Below the pieces are notes generated by a model, which ran no database searches, was not told the origin of the DNA, and saw only the letters and a program-made list of their open reading frames with translations. Below, in pieces: positions 55,161 to 64,000 of a DNA stretch of 64,000 nucleotides. Numbering within the stretch: the stretch's first letter is position 1; each line of letters opens with the position of its first letter. Source of the stretch: the human T2T-CHM13v2.0 reference genome, Homo sapiens; NCBI RefSeq assembly GCF_009914755.1, contig NC_060932.1; one strand, written 5' to 3'. A program made the translations under genes and the position numbers.

Positions 55161-56770
55161 ATACCATAGACAAAATCCCATACAAATTTTATGTATAAAC
55201 AGAATTTGTGTTTTTCTCGTGGCATACACAAACGAGCTATTAAATGATTCTGAGAGTGGAAGATCAAATAGGTAAATATTCATATAATGCATATACATAG
55301 AAAATATTTTGAAAGTTAAATTCTTGCTAATAATTCAATCATGCACATACCAGAGAGTTCTAAGCATTACACCAACTAATACCACAATGAATCACACGTC
55401 TTATAATGTAAACTTTAGACATTAGATTACTTAAAGAGGAAACAACATCAGTTAAGTCAAATGTTCTTTTGGGGTAGAAACATAATGTTTATTCTGTTTA
55501 TTTTTGATTTATTTGGAGTCATTCTTTCTCTTTCAAGCTATAAACTGCTGTTAACATTCTCAAATTGTAGTTGATGTGTTTTCTTATTATTTTTATTCAT
55601 TCGTACTGTGACACTGTTCGTCAATAAGACAACGGGAAAAAATGAGATTTCAATTGTTTGGATTTTGATGGCATTGCACATGTTGCAAAACACTGAAGTA
55701 CAACTCCACAACTCTGAATAGGCACAGAGTTTACAAATAAGATGGATGGTGCATCTCACTAAACATCAGAAAGCTGAGACTGAGAAGACAAAAAATTACA
55801 CTCTGAGCATGTTCACAGATAATTTTCACAATTATAGAAGTCTATGAATGTCAAACCAATATACAGCACTATTTAATTGTTTGAGACAGCATGTTATCAT
55901 AAAATGCTGAAACTTTACTATGGCTTAAATCGTATCTTTCCAGAAGTTTCTGAAATTCACTTTGAGTCGAAATATGGAACAGATGTTTGAAAAAAAAGTC
56001 GATACTTGCAGATGTTAAACATTTTAAAGTCAGTTGTGTTTTTATTTGTTATACATTAAGAGCTATTAATGTTTTAGGAAATAAATGAAACAAATACGTA
56101 TGTAATATATTCATCTTTATAAAATGAAAGCAGGTTTGTATTGTAATTGGACTCAGAAGCTCTTAAAAGATCTTCAGTTGTCCTTGCCACAAGCCAAAAA
56201 TATGTTTAGCTTAATCCACCTGTGTATTTCACACACTGTAATTACTAAATGTTCATAATTTCTCCCAGGGATGATTTAATAATGAGGAGCTTTATCATTA
56301 AGACACGACACTGTGCACAGACCTGATTATTCATGGAACTATGACTGAGGCATCGACTTTAAGAAACTTGATGAGATGAAATACAATATATAAAAGTAAC
56401 TGTCTCTGCTGCCTAGAACAAGCAACTGATGAAAACATTGATTTTTATAAAATAGATTTGAAAACTTTAAACACAATGTTGATTAAAATAGCTCATTTAT
56501 TTTTAACTTTTTCTAAAATAATGTCTCTGCCCTAGACCAAAGTAACAGACAACAGAAATACAGAGATTTAGAAATACAGGTGATGATTCACTACAAAGGC
56601 CAAATTTGAGAGCAATAACAAAATAATCATTTAAGACAGAATGCCTTAGAACAGGTAGAGGTGTTAACCTAAGTATTAAATATCAGTCTTTTACTTTAGG
56701 TATATAGTGGGTTTCATTTTGTGGCACACGAGTTCACCAATTACACAACTATCGTAGACAAATGAAGTCA

Positions 56771-57140
<370 letters not shown>

Positions 57141-58294
57141 AAAAATGCATAGTTATAAGTTGTTCAGAAGAGATGTGAAATACTGAGGCACATCTACTGA
57201 AACATGAAAATAATTAAGAGTATCTAAAAAGGATTTTAATAATTTTAACTGTATAAACATTTATTACCACTAATTCTTTATGAAAGCATAATAATAATTT
57301 CAAAAGTCAAAAATATTATGAGGCTAGGAATTAAAGATACAGGTATTTGTTGGAGATGGACCACAAATCTGTTCCTAAGGTAAAGGGGAACTAATTTAAA
57401 GTAGAAAAACACTATTGATTTTATGGTGGAAAAGATTTATAAAATTAAATGTAAATCAGTTGCTTAGGAGTACAACTAATTCTAGTAGTAAGAAGAGATA
57501 GAATTTCTCTCTCATGCATCCCATGTTGGGGGAGAGTTTGAAGGCTAGAACATGATTCAAGAAATCTTGAGGTAAGCGATTTATTTCCTTGAATTAGTTT
57601 CTCCTTCTGTTTTGGATTTTAAAAGCCCTCAAATACTCTGAGTAAACACAGACTTTGGAATCACAATGATAACAGCGTTTTCCCATTCATGACATTGATT
57701 TATTGTATCATGTTTCACAAAAATGTTCTCACTCATGGCAGCTGAATTGGTTGCTTCTACCCAAGAATGGAAAGAATCAAAGGGTCTTTTATCTTAGGTA
57801 GATAACATGTATTTTTCTAGCCATTCTAAAGAAAGATGTGAGTTTAAAAACATGTGTGGAAATAAGTTAGATAATGATAATGTGTGAGTTAGTAATTAAA
57901 GCATTGCATGCCTCCAGCAAAGACAAATATTTAGTAGGCTCTTAGCTCTTATAGATTTAAAGTTTGCATTTTTAACTATTTTGAAGTAAACCAGAATGTG
58001 CATGAAGAGATGTGAAGTGTTGAGGCATGTCCACTGAAACATTATGCAAATAACCAACAAATATCAACCAACGGTAATTTGACCCAAAACTAAAATAAGT
58101 CACTATGAATAAGGATACTAGTTAAAAAAAAAAAAAAAAACTGTAATGTGAACCACTGCTTTGCAACAAGATTAAATACTATGATGGTAGCTCAAATACT
58201 GTCACTCTTCTTGGAAATTAGAGTATTAGAGAAACTCAGTGAAAAATCTCTACCATCAGACGTTCTTTAAGATTTCCCTGGAATTTTGGCCTAT

Positions 58295-58515
58295 GTATAA
58301 TAGCACAGGATTTGGAAATAGAGGACATGAATTTAAGTTCTTATTCTACTATCTGTTAACCTTGTGATCCTAGGCATTTCACTTGATTTTTCTGAGTCTC
58401 CATTTTGGTACCCATAAAATGAGAAGATAATATTCAGCAGAAAATCTTGTTTTGATGTTCAAATGAAGAATTATTTGCAGAATGAAAGGAACTATATAAA
58501 CTATATCAATGTGAA
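58295..58515 (+). mobile_element. MIR
   Basis: tagcacaggatttgga..tgtgatcctaggca..tctgagtctc..ataaaatgagaagataata. Confidence 0.7.
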
Positions 58516-59437
58516 AATAATTTCCTTTGAAGAAGATACAAAAACGTCATTTTTGAGCCATAGACTCTGAGCCCTGGAAGACAATTCGAGATCAACTGGT
58601 TGTGAGGTTTTTACCTTCCATTCTTCAGTCTACAGTTCTTGCCATGGTCCCAGAGTCAACTGCAGAGGCCAAAGGCAAGTATGGAGAGATTCCTCAGACT
58701 GTCTTGAACCAAACTTCCCTTTCACTGCAGTTAAATGTTAGGTTGTTTCGAAGACATTGGACAAATTCTTCAACTGTGGCTAAAAAATGATTATGACAAA
58801 ACCCTTTCAAAAAATCTAATCCCCACCGTGCAATGCTTGAGAATCCCTTGGCCAAGAAGGTTTGAGGGACATCCCCAAGGTGCCACTACTGGTAGACGGC
58901 AGAGCCAGGGTTTGAACAATGTCTCCCAAGTACTACTCTAACCAGATCAGCACCTTTTCCACTGCACAAATGAATTTCCTCAAACACTACAATCTGTTAG
59001 ATTTACAGTGTGAGCTTTAGTACTTTGCATGCTTCTGAATTCTAACTGCTTCTGAGCTCCATTTTAGCGTGGGGTGACTGTTGGAATTAACTTCTAAGGC
59101 TGAAGCTTTAGCCCCTGTTTCCCTGATGGACATTGCCATGATAATTAAAGCTTTTCTGGCTGGATGCTAAAATCCTCTATTTTTAAAGGTTTCATATGTC
59201 AACTTGGCATAGAACACTCTAGATAACCTATTTAATACCAGCAAAGTGGTATAAAGTTTTCTAAAATCTAATTGTGGCTTATCATATTTTTCAGTCAACG
59301 TACAAACATGTTGTTTAGGAGCCTCAAGAAAACTCTCAAGGCAATTTGGAACAATTTTTAATTTTTAGAATGTGAGGCTACATAATGCTCTTGGAGGGGT
59401 GGTAACCTTAAATTTGCTCATTCTGTGGTTAGCATAG

Positions 59438-59896
<459 letters not shown>

Positions 59897-60559
59897 TAGT
59901 CACAGAGAGTTTTAGAAGCTAAGAATTTTATCACAAACCAAGCACAATTCTCAACAAATAAATGCACAAATCTTTACCTTGACATGTAAGCATTTACTCA
60001 TTTAAACAGTTACCAATTTAAATGCATATTCTCAAAAATTCATAGAGAATTTGAACAAAAGTAAACGGTCATTTTCCTTAGTAACTTAAAGTTGTAAGCT
60101 CTGCCAAATTGTATTTTAGCTGAAATTCTGAGACAGCATAAGAAACAGCGCACTAAATATTACATAAATGTCCCAAAGACAGATGTGGATTTATTATCTT
60201 ATAGCAGTAAGCCATCTCGTGTAGCTATGATTTTGAGTTCATAAATCTTAAAATATTCTTTTTTACTGGGCCTTCAACATTTGATGTATTTTCAATTGGT
60301 AAACTCTGGAGATCAGCAAAACTGTAATAGCCAGTATGTAGGCTGGAACATATGCTAAGTAATGACAGTAGACCACTGAAGAGTTCTAAAATAGTCATTT
60401 GTCCAACTTCCCACAAATGTATTTTTCTTAATTCTTTTTCCACTCATATCAAGTATGTTCCCTCATCCCTCTTAATGGCATAAGTGATGTTTCCCTACTG
60501 TAACTTGAATTTCAACTTCAATTAAACAACTTTATTTCCAAATATTAAAAATTCAAGAT

Positions 60560-60754
60560 TATATATATATGGGTATATATGTGTGTGTATATATATACAT
60601 ATATATGTGTGTGTATATATATATATGTGTGTATATATATACATATATATGTGTGTATATATATACATATATATGTGTGTATATATATACATATATATGT
60701 GTGTATATATATACATATATATGTGTGTATACATATATACACACATATATATAT
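60560..60754. repeat. 24-bp-unit minisatellite (ATATATGTGTGTATATATATACAT)n with degenerate ends
   Basis: Directly visible; produces stop-free frames on both strands. Confidence 0.97.
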
Positions 60755-60930
60755 TTCAAAATAGCTAATAGGGTACATTTCAAATGTCTCAGCACAAAAA
60801 ATGAGTGATGTGATTAATATAGTAATTAGCTTCCTTTAATTTTTTCCACATTATAGATGTATAGTAACATCACAGTATAACCCATAAATGTATACAGTTG
60901 TAGTTTATCAATGTCAAATGATATTAATTT
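60750..60930 (+). mobile_element. L1MA-type 3' end
   Basis: atttcaaaatagcta..aaatgtctcagcacaaaaaatg..acatcaca..cccataaatgtataca. Confidence 0.75.
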
Positions 60931-63900
60931 TTCAAATTAAGGTTACCTGTTTCTAAGTCTTTGTGACTAGTTGCTATTTTGTAAAGTGAATTGGAACTAG
61001 ACCTAGAGGGAAAGAAGTTATGATTCCTTTAGATGTGAAACAAGTCAAATAATTCAGTATTCACAAATATGTTTCATCTTTCTCAGCCAAGAAATGAATA
61101 TATAAGGCAGGCTGCTAAAAATATGCCATTTGTTAGAGAGTACTATTTTTCACTATAGAATGACTAACATAACAAAATACCACCTACTTAGATTCATCAG
61201 AAAGCTTCCTACACTGCAGCAAGCTTGACTCTCCTGGGCTGAGTGTCTTATTGATTAAACAAACCAAAAAAAAAAAAAAAAGAAAGAAAGAAAAAAATAG
61301 AATTCTTTTAAGTGCCAACTCTCTTATTTGATTTAAATTGTAGATGAATGTACTATGACATTGCTTTAAGACCTCAGCATTTTTTAATCAATCTCTTGTT
61401 TAAATACCTATGTATTTTTTGCTGTATTATCATTTCTCACCCATATAATACTTTTTTAATGACCTCATTATATTATTTAGGGAAGGTTTTTCCTCACCTA
61501 TCTAGGGCAAGATTCAAGTTCTTGGTAGATGAAATGTTGATTCAATTAAGCAGAGAAAAATGAAGCAACAGTGACTGGACTACATTTAATAAACTCAAAT
61601 AAGTAAGATTATCCTTATTGAAAAGTTGTTTTATGTGTCTCAAGATTAACTATGTAGTTTGTAATTTTTGTAACGTGCAAAATAATTAAGAAAATATTCC
61701 AGAAGCATACCGTTCATGTTCTGCAATTAGCAGAAAAAAACTAATTTAACTTCCAGCCAGTCATCCCACTAACAGAACAATCCTGACAGATAAATAAATA
61801 AAATCTAGGATCTAACTTGACTGAAAAAAATTATATTATACTCATGATGTATTTTATATTTTTGATCTCAAAGCAAATAACAATTATCCACAAATAAATT
61901 CTTAGCATCTGAAAGCATGACTTAATTGCCAAATTAATACAGGTGAATTAGTACCCATATTTTAAAAGATGAGTAAAAGAATCAACAAAGTCATAGACTT
62001 TATTATAACTGTTTATTCAGCCTCAATGTCTCCTATGAGTAAATCTTACAAAAAGCAAAATTTAAAGTGTCAGCTCTAAAACTTAGTCATCTCATTTCCA
62101 GTGCATAAGATCAGTTGTTTAAAAGAGAGCAACGATGGAGCTAAAATAAAGGCTAAAGCTAGCAGTTAAATCTCGACTGCTAAAAGGCACCCAGTACTCT
62201 ATAACTCAGAGATACTCCAGGATGGAGGGGGCTTTTTCTAATATCAATATTCATTAACACCCACATTTCCAAAGCAGCAACCCATATTTTGGATTTTTTG
62301 ATGTTTCTTCTTTAAAGTAAACACCAGGGCAAAATCCAGAGTAAAGTTTATACATTCATTGGAGAGAGAAACAGAGATCAAAGGGAAAAGAACACACACA
62401 TTCTTTGGATGAGAACTCTCTCCCTTTTCAACACTGATGTGTTTCATCAGGAGTTTGTGGGCAGAATAGAAGATGAAACATACTTACCTTCATTAGCAAG
62501 TTTTACACACATAACTGTATTTCAGTTTTCCATCAAATAAATCCTTTAACATGCATATTGTTTAGTTTTAATGATAATGGCAGCAATAGCTTAACAATTA
62601 GAGCTTATCTTTAGTTTAAAAGCTTGCAAAAGAAAACACTATTGACACTGCACAGCACATTTTAAAAAATCAATGTTTGCACACCCAGCACAGCAAAAAA
62701 TAAAAAAATTGTTGTTAAAATCTCAAAGAGAAAATAGTTTATCCCAAATAAAGATAAATTATCAGAATCTTTCTTTCTTAAAACCTGAGGTAAGCAGCTT
62801 CACCTAACAATGACACTGATCATCTAAAACTAAGCTAAACTATATTTTTATACTTTTATGCACATTTATTTATGTATCAAACCCCAGTAAACATTTTTTG
62901 TATATTTAAAGCATCATAAAAACCAAAGTTCTGTGTGGATGTGTTTTAATGTAAGCATTATTAGATGATAAGAAAAGTCAAAACATGCAAATAATGCCAA
63001 AAACAAGTATCCTAGCTTTTTTCTTCCCTCTCTCCACTGATCACACCGGGAGGCTCTTCAGCAAGAAGCCACCAGAGACTAACTTGAACTGGAATGTCTA
63101 GGAAACCAAGCCAACCAACTCCGCTAAAAACAAGAAATCTAGACAAGTTATTCCACGCGCACTGCATCCATCTCTACAAACTGTATATATTTCAGAAGGA
63201 TTCCACAGCCTTCGTATTCCACAAGTGTAGTCAAAACTGCCAACATAAATTTATTCCCAAAACTGGAGGATCTCAAACATTTTCTAATAAGGCTTGACTA
63301 CATCTCCTCACTTGCCAGTTTTGACCCTCAAAAGTAGCTTGTCCTTGACATAATTTCTCAACAACCTCAATAGATCCTTGTATCTAACATGCCTTCATTT
63401 CTTCCCAGTCAGTCATTGCCAATATACCCCCTCATGCCCAAACCTTTCCAGTTCCCTACCCTCTGCTGCCAGAGCACTAAGTCCAGTACACTCTGGCTAT
63501 GAGGATCTCTGGATTATCTGTGCAGGAGTAGTGACATTAAGCTGAGATCTTCTACTAATTCTAGACATAAGTTTCCCCAGTGGGTTTGCTCTTTTGCTGA
63601 TTTAAACAACAATGTATTGGCACTGGGGTTCAGAGTGGGATAAGCTAGGAAACTAAAGGGATTTCAGGGGAAAGAATCACCCCAAATCATTTCTCCCTTC
63701 CATTTCTCTTAACAGAACGCTCTCTTCTGTGTCATACCCTAAAGTTAACCAAAAAATAATCTGGATACTCCACCTCTGCATAAAACACAGATCACAATCA
63801 TTATCATACATTCTTCTTCGCATCTCAGATAAAACCTACCCCTTCTCCCAAGAGACTGGGATGCTTGGGAAAGAGAAGTAGGGAATCTTTGCAAACATAA

Positions 63901-64000
63901 AGGCAATGTGTCCAATCGGAGTAGAGCAGAGAGATAAGAGGAAACTTCTAGCCCAGGCCAAGGTCTACTGACTATGATCTTGGCAAAAACACAGAAACTT

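Noticed and set aside
60522-60808. Six overlapping ORFs (YIYTHI/CVYI repeats); array superficially CRISPR-like
   Set aside because: Stop-free minisatellite with no unique spacers; eukaryotic context

Overview
Primate (very probably human) AT-rich, CpG-poor non-coding DNA, i.e. a large intron or intergenic stretch. I found no protein-coding exon I can recognise, no rRNA/tRNA gene and no CRISPR array, and I cannot name the locus. About 16 Alus are present, three of them very young (Yg-like at 91, Yc-like at 23821, and one at 45071). Also present: several L1 fragments (mostly + strand), L2 and MIR relics, MaLR/ERVL solo LTRs (MLT1D, MLT1H, MLT1J, LTR33-like), a full-length Tigger3b, a MER20B-like element and micro/minisatellites. 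Most ORFs in the track are Alu, L1 or simple-repeat read-through; the rest are short frames with no motif I recognise. The most interesting unexplained structures are: (1) a ~170-nt hairpin built from two inverted MIR cores that match each other much better than expected (36555-36727); (2) a well-formed 84-nt minus-strand exon candidate inside the loop of an inverted AluY pair (44900-44983); (3) a CpG-retaining LTR with a tandem ETS site and a + strand exon candidate; (4) a (UG)20 tract next to a perfect minus-strand donor; (5) two old local duplications. None is proven to be a new biological system. Subfamily calls are from remembered consensus sequences and repeat boundaries are approximate.
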